Assembly (NCBI GenBank): GCA_030704615.1
Contig: CM060732.1
Coordinates: forward strand, 34,348,001-34,412,000
From: Takakia lepidozioides
Taxonomy: Eukaryota > Plantae > Bryophyta
Direction: 5' to 3'
Length of the DNA: 64,000 nt
How positions within the stretch are numbered: position 1 is the stretch's first letter; each line of letters begins with the position of its first letter. Positions 25,912 through 38,458 of the stretch are shown here, piece by piece. The notes below the pieces were generated by a model. The model had not been told where the DNA came from. It did no database searches and saw only the letters and a program-made list of their open reading frames with translations. The translations under genes were made by a program, and so were the position numbers.

Positions 25912-27394
25912 ATGGGGTCACGAGACAGATCATGGCTAACAATTACCTTCTTCGCGCTCACCGTTGTTGCCACTCTCAGTTTGCGCGTAATGCGATCCAG
26001 CAGGAAGAGGCTACCTCCCGGACCACGACCATGGCCGATACTGGGAAACTTGACCATGTTGTCAACTGGAGCTGTGCATGCGGATCTCGACAGGCTGTCA
26101 AAGACATACGGCCCGATTTATACTCTTTGGATGGGCGCAGTCCCCACAATTGTTGTGACTGGGGAAGCAGCAATTCGTGAAGCTCTAGTGACCAAGGGCT
26201 CTGTGTATGATTCCCGTCCACAAATTGACTCCTGGAAAGTGCTATCTGGAAACTTTCGCACCCTGGTTACTGCCGAATATGGGCCCTATTTCCAGAAGTA
26301 ACACCCAGGTGCTGAATCCAACCAAGCTCGTAAGTTACAAGCCACTTCGAAGTTTACAGGCAGAGAGGCTGGTTCAAAGTGTGAGAGAGGAGGCCAAGGG
26401 AGCAAGTGGGGTGGTCCAGCCACATTCCATTGTGCGATTTGCAACGCTGTCTATCATGATCCGTGTGCTCTTCGGCAGCCAATTTGATGGGAGTCTGAAA
26501 GGTGAAAATTTCGTCCGCCTTCATAAATTACTCGATGACGCCCTCAAACACGCCTCGGTATCGAGGGTGGGTGATTACGTCCCGATCGCTCGAATGCTGG
26601 GTGCTTCCAACAAGTCCACGAGATAGGTGACCGAGCAAAGGCCCTTCTTTTGCCTGCAATCCATAGCCGACGGAAGCTTTTTCAGAGTGGAGTTGATCTG
26701 ACTGAAAGCTTTCTGGACGTCCTTCTCACTTTCGAAGGAGAAGACAGTCTCACGGATCTGGAGATCACTTCTTGAGCTCTTGCTGGCGGGCACTGACACG
26801 AGTGCACAGGCATTGGAGTGGGCGCTGGCGGAGTTGGTGACACATCCACATGTGCAGGCCAAAGCCTATGAAGAGATCCAGAAAGCGGTGGGAGAGTCAA
26901 AAATTGTGGGTGAGGGGGATTTGGAGAAACTTCCATACCTCTCGGCAATAGAGAAAGAGGTCTTGAGATTGCACATGCCAGCGCCAATTGGAGTCCCACA
27001 TTTCACAACCCAGGACAGCAAGCTACAAGGATATGCCATTCCAGCAGAAACCATGGTAATCTTCCACTTTGCAGCAATTGCCAAGGACCCTGAATTGTGG
27101 GATGCTCCACTGGATTTTCTTCCCGAGTGATTCCAGCAAGCTGATTCCGTGAAAGAAGATCACAGGCTGAAGTTCTTGCCCTTCGGTGTGGGGAGACGGA
27201 TCTGCCCAGGAATTCTTATGGCATCGCTGCACTTCAATATTTTTCTTGCCAATCTGTTGCTTAACTTTGAGTGGGGCCCAGCAGAGCCAGGTGCACATGT
27301 AGACTTAACTGAAGTTTTTGATATGGTGGTTCAAATGAAGAACCTCTTGAAATCATCTATCAGGGAGCGAAAGGGGAAGAATCCAGAACTCTGA
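25912..27394 (+). pseudogene. cytochrome P450 pseudogene, CYP71 clan (CYP77/CYP89-like), intronless
   Basis: LPPGPRPWPILGNL, I-helix AGTDT, ExLR and heme motif PFGVGRRICPG. Frameshifting deletions at ~26299, ~26620 and ~26770. PERF is disrupted by a TGA at 27128-27130. Confidence 0.88.
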
Positions 27395-28614
27395 AGCAAA
27401 TATTGTCTATCTATCACCTTCAGGCCAGCACCAAGTAGAAAGATTGGGGGACATAAACGGATGTCCACCTGATGTCCACCGCAGATGTTTTACAACTGAG
27501 ATTCCAAATATCACAGCTGGAAAAGCCTGATGAATTGAAGCATTGACATGTAGATCAGTGGTCCCAATGCATCAATGTCATGTGCTACTTCAGGATGATT
27601 TGGTCAAGCTTCAGTTTATCCTGAACTTGCACCATGCCAGGTATCAGGTGCTTTCGACAAGGCTGATCACTTGGGTAACTAGACCACTCTTGATTTTCTA
27701 CTAAATTTGTGATCCTTGAGACTACAAATTGTATAAGATCACTCAGGCTGTAAAGTACAGATGAAATGTCACTACTTTAAGTACTGTGAAATTATACGTG
27801 ACTATTTTAAAATGCGTGGACATCGTTTGTTCAGAAGCCAGGAGAAAATTATCAACTGCAAAGAGAAGATTTACCCTCGTATGGAAACCCTATTTAGTTA
27901 CAGCTCCAATGTGACGTGGGGCCACAACGTTGTTCTTGCAGATTTCATACAATGATGAAACCAAAAACTACATCTAGGAATAAGTCGTCTGGGATGGCCT
28001 GCAGAGGCCTTCCGAATCTACAAATTTGTTTAGAGTCTTTTATGACAGAAATATGTAGAGATCTCTTCTAAATTCTAACCAATTTCAGTGCCGAGTACAA
28101 GCTAGACAAGACCGAATTTTCACATGCCACAGGATTGTAGTGCAGACTGGAGCGACTATTAAGCAAATGTTAGTCGACTGTGTGCGAATTTTGGTGATTT
28201 TGTGAGGTTACGAGTGCTTCATAGATTACACACAAAGCACCGTGGTGACATTTCAGGCTGACTGAGTGAAGATCATAATTATCTTATCCAGTGTATTCTC
28301 TCAAGGATCAAGATCTAAGAGAAAATCAAGAGCTGGTCTGATCAGTGATCAGCCTTGAAAGCAAGTGATGCCTGCCCCATGCCTGCATGCTGCAAATTCA
28401 AATTACTGCAAGATAAACTGAAGCTTCACCAAATCATCCTAAAGTAACTAATGACGACATATCGTCGCTTCGTACACTGACTTACATGTCATTCATCCGG
28501 CTTTTCCAACGTTTTGGATATTGGGAATCCCAGTGGTAAAACGTGTGACCATCAGTAAGTTATATCTCACACAATCTTACCTAGTCGGAGGTACATGCAG
28601 GTGAACACAGTTTT

Positions 28615-28812
28615 TATTTCCGGTTGACAACACGGTCAAGTTTCCCGGTATCTTTCCTGCTGGATCATTAAGCACAAACTGAGAGTGGCAAAGACAACGG
28701 TGAGCGCGATGATCATGACTTGAAGAAGGGTAATTGTTGGCCATCTGTTTCCTGACCCCATCGTGTATACATCTAGATATTATTTAAATTGTGGTCTTAT
28801 CCTTGGTACCAA
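28615..28812 (-). pseudogene. inverted duplicate of the 5' end of the P450 gene
   Basis: The reverse complement reads TAATATCTAG...GATGGGGTCA...AACAATTACC...CGCGCTCACCGTTGT...GCCACTCTCAGTTTG...GATCCAGCAGGAA...GGGAAACTTGACC, matching ~25860-26070. Confidence 0.85.
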
Positions 28813-28989
28813 GTGTTTTGTTCTTTAAATTTGGAGAATATAAGGAGTGGCTACTGCGTCAATCAACGTTAGCTTAAATAAGAGCATCGTTCGTTCCTTG
28901 TGGGTATCGCACCCTTTGGCTGTATATAGTAGCCCTTCAGGATAAAGAGACACCATAATATACGCTTCCTTCAGAAAGCATCATACTTC

Positions 28990-29581
28990 GTCCAGGGAAA
29001 GCTCAAAGAGCTTATACAAAAGAAAGCAGGGTACAAGATAAAATGCTAAACAAGGAGTCCAAACGCAGCTACTCTAAGGTGGTAAACAAACAAAGAGAGA
29101 TGACGAACTCCCGAGTCATTGACAAAGACCACATTGTTTGGGAATTTACCTTGTCCATATGACAACCACTTGTGCATCTCTGCGTAAGGAAACAACCTTC
29201 CTGGTAGCACATCAAACACGTGAGCTCAATCTACGTGCCTGGAATGCGAAGGTACGAAAACAGGCGATTCGCATCAACATCAACAATAGCGTCTGAATGA
29301 GGTGGCAAAGAGACCTAGCAGCTCAAAATGGCAGACCGGGCAGATCAGACGCATTGTGCGTGTACACGCGTTGAATTCATGTGGAGTCGACCGATGAGAT
29401 TATGACCAGACAAACCAATATGGAAGAAGACGTCCTGCAATTCACACTGTCAGGCCATCCAAGACTTACCATAATAAAGCAACAGATAGTCAAGGCTAAA
29501 TCCTTCACACAGCTGGCGGGTTTCTGCAGTGTCTTTATTCGCATCATCGTTCTCGTCAAACTCCGCGCGGTCCTCATTCAT
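28990..29581 (-). pseudogene. PRIM1: DNA primase small subunit (PRIM1/POLA3) fragment B: exons 1-2 only
   Basis: Exon 29581-29470 MNEDRAEF...CEGFSLDYLLLYYG|GTAAGT and exon 29200-29150 GRLFPYAEMHKWLSYGQ match the N-terminus of eukaryotic primase small subunits. No exon 3 follows downstream. Confidence 0.82.
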
Positions 29582-30040
29582 GGGCTCTGGGGCCCATAGT
29601 ATGTGCTCAAATAGTCCTCTGCAAAAACAAATGAACAAAAGCATATTGAAGCCATTCCTCATATGTGCAGCCATGAGAAGCTTAGTTGCAGACACAAGGG
29701 CCTAAGGAGAAGTGTGCTATTTGGAACCTCCAGAGGGCCAGGAACAAGTTTCACTGTGAAACTTTTAATCACATGCATGCCTCAGCCACAATTACAAGCT
29801 CAACCAGAATCATCCCTTATCAGAACCTCCAAAAAACTATGTGTATGGGGAAAAAGACCATTCCTCTTCAAAAAGTATTGATTGCATAACATCATCAGCT
29901 ATGATAGCATGCGAATAGCATATACCTGCATACATGTACATTCAATGAAAGAGTGACCAGTCAATGCGCTAGAGCACAATCTATTATAAGACCTCGTGGG
30001 ATCTTGACGAAGTAAACTAAGAGGGGAAAAAAGATTAGAC

Positions 30041-31822
30041 CTCTAAGAGCAGTATCCATAACTTTGATGGCAATTGTCATGAGAGGCCAACATTGCAGAC
30101 ATACATCTGCCCCGCTGCGACAATGGCGAATGTCATCATAGTCTGTCATATCCTGCCAAAACTACGACCCCTTCAGTACAGCTTAAGACAGCATGCCCTC
30201 TCAGACACGCAACTTCATTCTTCTACTTTATTTCCTTGAAAGGGCGGGGGCATCCCCCTGATTGGGGTTGCATTACAAAGCCGATGTCCTGAATTTGTAT
30301 TTTAACTTTTTCTATCCTATTTTGTCCCATGGGCTCTCTCTCATGGGCAAAGGCAAACAACGTCTTATGAGTACATTCTCTCTCATGGGCAACAGTTTCA
30401 GTCTTTTCATATGCTTTTTTGGTTAATATATTTGTGTCACATGCACATAGAACTTTCAGATCAAGGCCAAAAACTCACAATGTAAAAAACAAACTCTCTC
30501 TCCACAGGAGAGAAGACTCGGTCTGCTCCCAGGCTTGAATTATGCTGTCCTAGCAGGCTGTTGCACCACTACAGTCAATCAGTATGCAGCCATAAACTGA
30601 GATGTAGTGAAGAGACAAGTCATCATCCTCACTGCTCCATGTCTGTAACGTAGACTTAAAAACCCAAGTTTACACCAAACAAATGACTTCATTTGTCCAC
30701 TGGCTGTTCGTCTTGTAGAAATTATTCACTCCAAGAAAAACAACTATGTATTTGTTGACAGGCGTAGAAATTCAATGAAAGAATCAGGTAACCTTAAATG
30801 TACTGCTATGTTCATGGTTTCCCACAACTGAAGTAGCTACTGCTCAGTGATGGCTCCCTATATACTACAGACTTGACGTAAGAATTTTACATCAACATTG
30901 TAAACAACCACTATGTCGATCTTGTGAGGGCACTTGTCCCTTATGGCCACCTCCATCCCAACAGCATTGTGGAAGGACAAGTAACGCACATAGACGACAT
31001 GCTCCAAGGTGAACGAGAACTCCCTCCTCCCGAAAAAGGAGGGGTTGCACCCCTAGATGCTTTCCATGTGTAGACCCCACACATGCAAACTTAGTTCTCC
31101 CGAAAAAGGAGGGGTTGCACCCCTAGATGCTTTCCATGTGTAGACCCCACACATGCAAACTTGCAGCCCCTTCTCTCCTGAGGACAAGCCATCTCAAATC
31201 ATTGCTTCAAGTGTAAACGGCTGCTAACAGTCACATCTCATAGTTATAGCAGCAAAGAAATGAAAGTGCGACTTGTAACAGCTACAGTTCCCTTACTAAA
31301 GTCATCCGCTCCACTTCCAATTCACAGGTCTCCGTATACGTTAAAATAAATAAATAAATAAACTTTGCTAAGTCCAAGGAAAGCTCAAAGAGCTTATACA
31401 AAAGAAAGCAGGGTACAAGACAAAATGCTAAACAAGGAGTCCAAACGCAGCTACTCTAAGGTGGTAAACAAACAAAGAGAGATGACGAACTCCCGAGTCA
31501 TTGATAAAGACCACATTGTTTGGGATTTTACCTTGTCCATATGACAACCACTTGTGCATCTCTGCGTAAGGAAACAGCCTTCCTGGTAGCACATCGAACA
31601 CGTGAATGAAATGCGAAGGTACGAAAACAGACGATTCGCATCAACATCAACAATAGCGTCTGAATGAGGTGGCAAAGAAACCAACCAGCTCAAAATGGCA
31701 GACCGGGCAGATCAGACGCATTGTGCGTGTACACGCGTTGAATTCATGTGGAGTCGACCGATGAGATTATGACCAGACAAACCAATATGGAAGAAGACAT
31801 AAACTAGGTCCTGCAATTCACA
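30041..31822 (-). pseudogene. PRIM1: DNA primase small subunit fragment A: exons 2-5, disabled
   Basis: Exons 31582-31532 (RLFPYAEMHKWLSYG), 31067-30891 (GRREFSFTL...CPHKIDI; acceptor AG>AC, frameshift, partial tandem duplication at 31027-31162), 30557-30479 (VEREFVFYI; first catalytic Asp>Tyr, frameshift) and 30152-30041 (DMTDYDDIRHC...CWPLM). 31371-31822 is a direct repeat of 28988-29445. Confidence 0.85.
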
Positions 31823-32798
31823 GACTAGTGAACAATGTTGTGTACTCTGCGGCTACATTCACAGCAAACAACAGACTAGATTTAGAGACATTCTCAAAAT
31901 CCTCCTTGGAGCTCTAGTGTAACATGCAATGGACCCCTTTCTCACAAGCGGACCAAGAAGAAAGGAAGAGCGCCAAGAGAGGATGAAAAAAGTGGAAAAG
32001 GATTGTACTGGCTGCACAGGCTTCCCTAGGGATGAGCTCACTTTATCATCCGTAAGGACACATCCATTCAGTTTTCATGGACGTCATCTATCTCCTCGTA
32101 GTCCATGGGACTGTCAATGGATGTATGAACCCAAGTACTTGGATGTATAATAAGGTTTTGCCCGTAGTAGATGAATGTATCTAGATTGGGGTGCCTCGTG
32201 AGGGTTCAGCTCATTCACGGTGCTCGGCCAGCTCCTGTGACGTGGCCCAACTGCGATGCCAGCCAATTTGCATGCTGCGCTGTCTTGCGAAAAGCTTAGG
32301 CTAAAGCAGAGCGGGTTAGCTAAAATTAAACATGGCGCTTGGGGCTGGCTAAGCATATCGTGGAGACTCATATTGCAGCCGCGCTACTGCCTTTTGTGAA
32401 CACTGCCTGCAGGAGAGGTGGATATGGAAGCGATGCGTTCTATAGAGTTCTGGATTAGCAACAACCGGTGCATGACCAACAGAATAAGTGGAGTGTGTCA
32501 GTGGACTCGAAGAAGACAGAGAGACGCCATGGCCATATAGACTGATTTCTAGCTTAGTAACCAAAAAGAGAATTATGTGGTGTAGATTGCAATAGCAGTG
32601 TGACTGGCCTTTGATTGAATGGACTAAGAGCATAGACGAGCGAGCGTGGAAACGGTGGAAGCGCGTGGCAACTGAGAGCTTTACAACCTCAGTGCTACTT
32701 GCTTTCTGGTTGATTCTACGGCTGTGGGCGATTTAGGGTTTCGGGGTTTGACTTCATCGGTGGCTGTCCCGGGGCCTTCATCAGTCAGCGTGGACAAT

Positions 32799-35700
32799 AT
32801 GGCGCAGGTTGGCTGGAAGGACAAACTCTGGACTCTGCCTGGACTTGCTGAGGAGGAAATGGGCGTTATACTTGTGCGTCTTATGAGCTATGAGGATGTG
32901 GGTGGGGACCCAGAGGATTACTTCCCCCGACTTGGGACAGAAGGTGGGATTGTCGCAGGCCTGAAGCAGGCATTCCTACGAGCTCCTGCTCCTGCTCCTG
33001 GTATGTTTCACTCCTAGCTGCTTTATTGGATAGGTTTTGTAGACTCTTTGCCGCTTTATTGGATAGATGTCTTTTTGCTCCATTCTTATTCACGGTTGTT
33101 TATTATTTGTATGTGGAATTCTGGTTGTCGACACACTCGTTTTGGAGTAAGGGTTTTCGCAAGGATTATATGCATTGCACTGCTTCTTGGAAATGTCTGG
33201 TCGTGACCCTTTGTGGGCACTTTTCGTGCGAGGTCGGAGGGAGAGCCCTTCTAAATCTCTTGAAGCGCAGTGGTCGGTCAGATTGCGGCAGATGATGGCA
33301 GGTTTAAAGTGTTGTGTGGCCTGAAACCCTAACTCTAAACCGTCATTTTGGTAGTTCACTTGTGAGTGATTGCCGTCCTTGCATCCACTTCTATTTTATT
33401 GTGAGGAGGGGAGGGCGTCTTCCTTTGTGTCTCTGGAGCTTTCTTGGATTTTTATCCATAATCATAACCGCAACAGTTTTGGACGGGCTCAATGGCATCC
33501 CAAGAGTATGTACAGGGTTAGGGTTTCAAATCTTCATCTGATTTTTGTTACGTCTCTTGCTTCTTGGCTGAACGGTGTTGTGTCTGTCTTCGCAGCCCTA
33601 CTTTCTTTGTGGGATTTTGGGTATGGAAACCATGGTTGATGTTTAGGATGTCAGATAGTGCGTCAAGGAGGGAGGTTGGTGATGTAAGTTTGTAGGGTGA
33701 TGAGTTTCTGTTTCTCTTCAGTACTTTGATGCATGCTGCGAATCAGTAGTGTGTTCCAAAACCTTTACGGGAGTTTGGTGAGTGTAAGTTTGTAGGGTGA
33801 AGAATGAGTTTCTGTTCTCTCTTCAGTACTTTGATGCATGTGACCTGCGAATCAGTAGTGGTGTTCAAACCTTTACGATTTCTTGAGTACCATCTTCAGA
33901 GGATAGAAAGCTCTAGCCGAAATTGTGCGCATGTTTGAGCTGTTAGTTGGTCGATGACAGAATGTGGTTGTTGGTGACTTATGTGAGTTAACCAAAACCG
34001 CCTTGGCTGCAGAACCTTCTGTGACAGTTTTCACCCATTAGCTAGGGTGTCAGATAGTGCGTCATGGAGAGAGTCTGGTGAATGTCGATGGGTTGCCTAG
34101 GGCAGTCTGAGCCCGTTTTTTTTATGTCTGCAATTCTGATGATGGGCAGGCACATTTGAATTCTTGCAAGACAATTGCATTTTTTTTGGTTTCTTGGCTG
34201 GGTTATGCACTAGGGTTTCAACAGCTTCTCCCAATCCTGTGTGTGATCCTGTGTACGGTTGATACACGCAGTTTATTCATTCGATAGATCCATGTTAACA
34301 AGTAAAATATGAGGAGGGTCTTTGAAAGACACGGTGTTTGTTATTTATATGTGGAATTCTGGTTGTGCACTACCATGATAGATGCAACTCAACAACATGG
34401 GATGATGGTTAGAGTGTGAGATCGCGTTGCCTAGGGCAGTCTGAGCTTGTCTTTTTTTTATGTTATAAAGTTGATGATGAGGAGGCTCTTTGGTTGTTAT
34501 TTCAGATGAACCATCACGAATCTTATGTGTCTTATATGTTAATTAATTACTTCATTAATATGATAATTACCACCATTGTGCATTTCCTTGCTTCTCGTTG
34601 CTCTGTTCTGGTCTGCCTTGCTATGCTTCACTGAATTGTTATTTGTGTCCACCAGAATTGATTGAAAATTCTGGAGTATGGTTCAATTCTATGCTGCGGC
34701 CTCAGCCTATCAAGCTCCCACAAAACTCTTGTGAGCTAACAGCAGCATTGTTTCGTACGGATCACGGAAAGCTTCCTGTGTCCAAAATTACCTACTTGAG
34801 AGTCCAACACGAGTTGGCCCCTCAGGCATTGGACTTGATCATGGAGGCAAATGATTCAGCGCTCCCTCTGAGGCTATCAAATTTGTTGATTGCCGATGTT
34901 GAAACTCCAGTATCAGAGCAGGACGTAACCATATTTGTGGGTTATTGTTTTAAGACGGTATTCTCTTTGTATGACCGTTACTGCCAGCCTGCTTTGAATG
35001 CCAAGCTTGTGTTCAATACTTCTGAAAAGAAGTCAGGTACTTCTAACACCAAAACTATGCCTTACATGCTTGGAATTGCCGGTGAATGCACTTTTCTGGT
35101 TGGTGAGCACAAGCTGGCCAGCTTAGGTGCTGCTGAAGACGATATTTTGAGAACGATGAGGCCACTTAGTCCGACGTTTTATGGGGAGGTTCAATTCATT
35201 CTCGGCTATATAGCAGCAGGCACATACTTCCAATGGGTTTATGTCGACAAGGATGGAACGGTAGTTCGAATGAAGCCATGTCTTAATGTCACGAGCCTTT
35301 ATGACCGCCTCCAGTTGTTACTCAGCCTTGGCAATGCCTATGAGATCATGAAGAAGATGGTGGAGTCAATCCCGGACGTGCTAGGCCGGCGGGCAATGTT
35401 CTCTGAAGAAGAAGATGGGAATAGGACGATATACTTTCGGCCGAGCAGTGTTCGGAAGGCAATAAGGAACTTCCCAAGTTATTGTATTGAGAAAGGGACC
35501 ACTTTTGAACTGATTCGGCAGGCCTACAATGTTGCACGAGGGGTCCCTTCTCTTCCGGAGGTAATTTCAAAGCCTGAAATGGATCGTAGAGGTACTTATA
35601 ATATTGAGATCGGTCCACTGGGCTACTCCCCGACGTTGTGGTCGGAGTACGATATGAAGCTGTTGGCTCGGGACGTGTTAAATGCTTTGTCTGTCCTGCA

Positions 35701-36025
35701 TGCGGAAAACCTCGTCCACAGGGATATCCGGTTGCCCAATATTGTGCAGGTTTCAGCGGAGCGGTTCATGCTCATAGACCTTGAAACGGTAGCTGAATCT
35801 CCATTCAAATTGCTAGAAGGATTTCAGCCTTTTGCTGATTGGAGCAAGGCCATGTTGGAGGGCGGCCACTACACTCCCCAGTCAGATTTGTATCAGCTGG
35901 GAGTACTTCTGCAATCCCAAGGTTGCGGTACTGCTCAGAGGTTTATTAGCAGTCTTATGTCTAAGCAGTGGACTGCAAAGGAGGCATTGAAAGATGCTTG
36001 GTTATCTCCTGTACAAATTATATGA
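32799..36025 (+). CDS. Crinkler/CR-effector-like protein: short header + PD-(D/E)xK REase-like domain + CR-type kinase
   Basis: Exon 1 32799-33000 (MAQVGWKDKLW...RAPAPAP, G|GTATGT) joins in phase 1 to exon 2 34656-36025 (CCACCAG|AA), giving ~523 aa. Motifs SGTSNTKTMPY...FLVGEHK, YGEVQFILGYIAAG, HRDIRLPN, MLIDLE, YTPQSDLYQLG. Confidence 0.75.
33648..34470. repeat. mosaic of short internal duplications in the kinase-gene intron
   Basis: ~100-bp tandem unit TGTAAGTTTGTAGGGTGA...CCTTTACG at ~33683 and ~33783. GTCAGATAGTGCGTCA at 33650 and 34049. GTTGCCTAGGGCAGTCTGAGC at 34092 and 34426. Confidence 0.75.
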
Positions 36026-36608
36026 AACTGTAGAGGCTAACTCTATTGGCTACACCTGAAGTTATTTGGTAAAATGCGGGAGGCTAAAAGAAATACAGGG
36101 AGAGTCCCTTGATCTGGCAGCTCACTGGTCATCTGGCAGCTCGCTGGTTATCTCATTTCCCCCCTGAATTCTGTATTGTAAGTCCTAGTACTCGATAAAT
36201 ACTTGGGAGTTGTCAATTTGCGACAGCATCCAACTTTTGAAAAGTGGTGGTGAAGCTGTATATATTTTAAAACTTTTGATCCAGACAAAATTGGTGTAGA
36301 GAGATTTTGGGTTTTCTCGTTGCATCACCAGCAGTGAAGATGACAAGAGAGAGCATGCACAGCTGAAAGCCATGTTGGGACAGTTTTCTGGTTTTCCCTG
36401 GTCCCGTTTTGATGGAGACAAAATCGGCCGGCTTTCTGACGAGGCGATCTAGGCACGCAGAAAGGCGGGCACTCTGATTGAGTCATGTCTAGTCTGCTGA
36501 GTATTCCTACAAAGAACTGAGCTCTATGATCCGGGATGGTCTTGTATAGGTAGGATTTTATTTCTGGTAATTGCTTACACTGATACATTCGTTTTTGGGA
36601 AACTGTAC

Positions 36609-36717
36609 GGTGACAGTTCAGTACATGTAAGAGATATACACAAAGATCTTTAACCCTTGAAAGGTGACAGTTCAGTACATGTAAGAGATATACACAAAGA
36701 TCTTTAACCCTTGAAAG
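36609..36717. repeat. 54-bp perfect tandem duplication
   Basis: GGTGACAGTTCAGTACATGTAAGAGATATACACAAAGATCTTTAACCCTTGAAA occurs twice. Confidence 0.9.
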
Positions 36718-37709
36718 CCCTGAGCTGTTTTGGAGAAACCGAAGTTTCTCATAGTCACTTTAGGTTGAGCAGTTTCTGTGGAAAAATTGACTATTATTAG
36801 GATCAGCCTAACCAGGAAGCTAGCATTGACTACAGTATTGTATGTTCATAACAGATTTCCCTTCCCCTGTTTCAGTCAACTGTACACAACTAGGATGTCA
36901 CTGGCTACTTTCTAACTACCAAGCGCCTACTTGCAGTCTTCATATTTAGAGTAGAAATATCATCTCCGCCAACTCCTGCAGACATGAACAGGAGAACGGT
37001 ATCTGTTTGCCAGAAACGATGGGTGGCTCTCCTGCTTCCAGTGCATGTTTTTCCAGCTCCTCAAACCCGACTTACCATCCTGCAAAGCAAACCAGATCAA
37101 GAATATGAGAATATGTCTATCACGATCGCCCCTACAGCCCTTGCGTATAGGAGGCCTTCTGCTTCGTGTTATGTGCAGTTGCACCATCTTGTGGTTTGAC
37201 AAGTGGTTGATCTCTATACAGTGCAGTGAATCCAAAATTCTTAGGCATTGCAAAACCAATAGTTTATGTACTGGGATTTCGAGGAGAGTTGGTCTGTGGC
37301 TACCCGCATTGGCCGTTGTGGGGAGGTTGGAAGTAAAGTAGAAGATGGCAGGTGGTGTGGGACACTAGGTGGTGGGAAGGGCCTGACATGTAGATAGAGT
37401 GTCCTGCGACAATGGATGTGAACATTGTGGAAGAGAGAATCTGGGTTGCCGTTGTCCACCCTTTCTGCTCCCTGCAAATATACCTGCAACGTCACAGCAA
37501 GCGGTCTGATCAGTATATCCCCCTCTCTCCAACATAGGTTGGGGGAGATGGAGGCGAATGTAAGTAAACCTAAGAGAGTTGCTGCTCAAAAGCAAACAAC
37601 TGAAGCGAGACACGCACCTCGTCAACAGGCAAACGTGGTTCATAAGGAGGTGGTCAGAGGAGGGGAAGAAAAACATGATGATTCAAAAACAATGTTGTAA
37701 GCAGCTCTA

Positions 37710-37905
37710 GCTGCTATGACCCCCAATTTCTGGAGTGGTACATATTCATTGATGCTAAAGTTTACATTCGACCACCATTTTCAACGGTCGTACATTCTTT
37801 GTTATTAAAAAGTCACAAGCGACCGCCAATTTCTGGCTGTAGCACGTATTTATTAATATTAAAATTACAGCTGACCGCCAATTTTTTCTGGCAGTCGCTG
37901 CTTAT
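37710..37905. repeat. decayed CACTA-like subterminal repeat array
   Basis: Four spaced quasi-palindromic units of the type GACCGCCAATTT(T)CTGGC(A/T)GT(C/A)GC. No intact CACTA/TAGTG terminus was seen. Confidence 0.4.
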
Positions 37906-38062
37906 GTGTCACCGTGTCTGTAAGGCACCATGTAACTGCTGAAATGGCATTTTTGTACCCATCCTATATATTTACTAATATATCCCTAAAACTGAGGTGA
38001 CGCACGTCGCGTCAGCGTCCGGTCCGACGAGTCTTGACGTGATGGGTGTAACCCTGAAATTT

Positions 38063-38458
38063 AAAGACAGATGACACTGTAGCTTGACGGGGCTCAAGGT
38101 CAGTCTTAGACTAATTTATATAAAGATACTTAGGTTGAGAAGAGTGAAATGAACCTGGATTGTTCCCCTGCAATCACGTCGTGCAAGGTGCAATATTCCA
38201 TACAAACAACACCAATTCTCTAGCTCCGGGTTCTCGAAGAGTACAATTGATGTAGCTTCCTTACAAGGCTCTTTTTCAGTCTACATTAATCTTTTTCACT
38301 TTTTGGTTAAGAAGAGCCAGAGGAAGCTGCTCATATGATCACTACGACGTGTGCCTGATGGTCAAGAGACGATGACATCGACGGACTTTCCGCCCAGGTA
38401 TTTTAAGACAAGGATTTAGAAAGAAAATAGTAGGGGGATCTAATACCTAGAGACTCTC
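38063..38458. repeat. inverted diverged copy of the P450 upstream region 25295-25702
   Basis: Same matching blocks as listed for 25295-25702. Confidence 0.8.

Noticed and set aside
28988-31822. 450-bp direct repeats as LTRs of a retroelement
   Set aside because: No TG...CA ends or TSD. The repeat is primase intron 1-exon 2-intron 2.
36960-37700. Cluster of short ORFs downstream of the kinase
   Set aside because: No identifiable domain. It could be another captured fragment, but this is unsupported.
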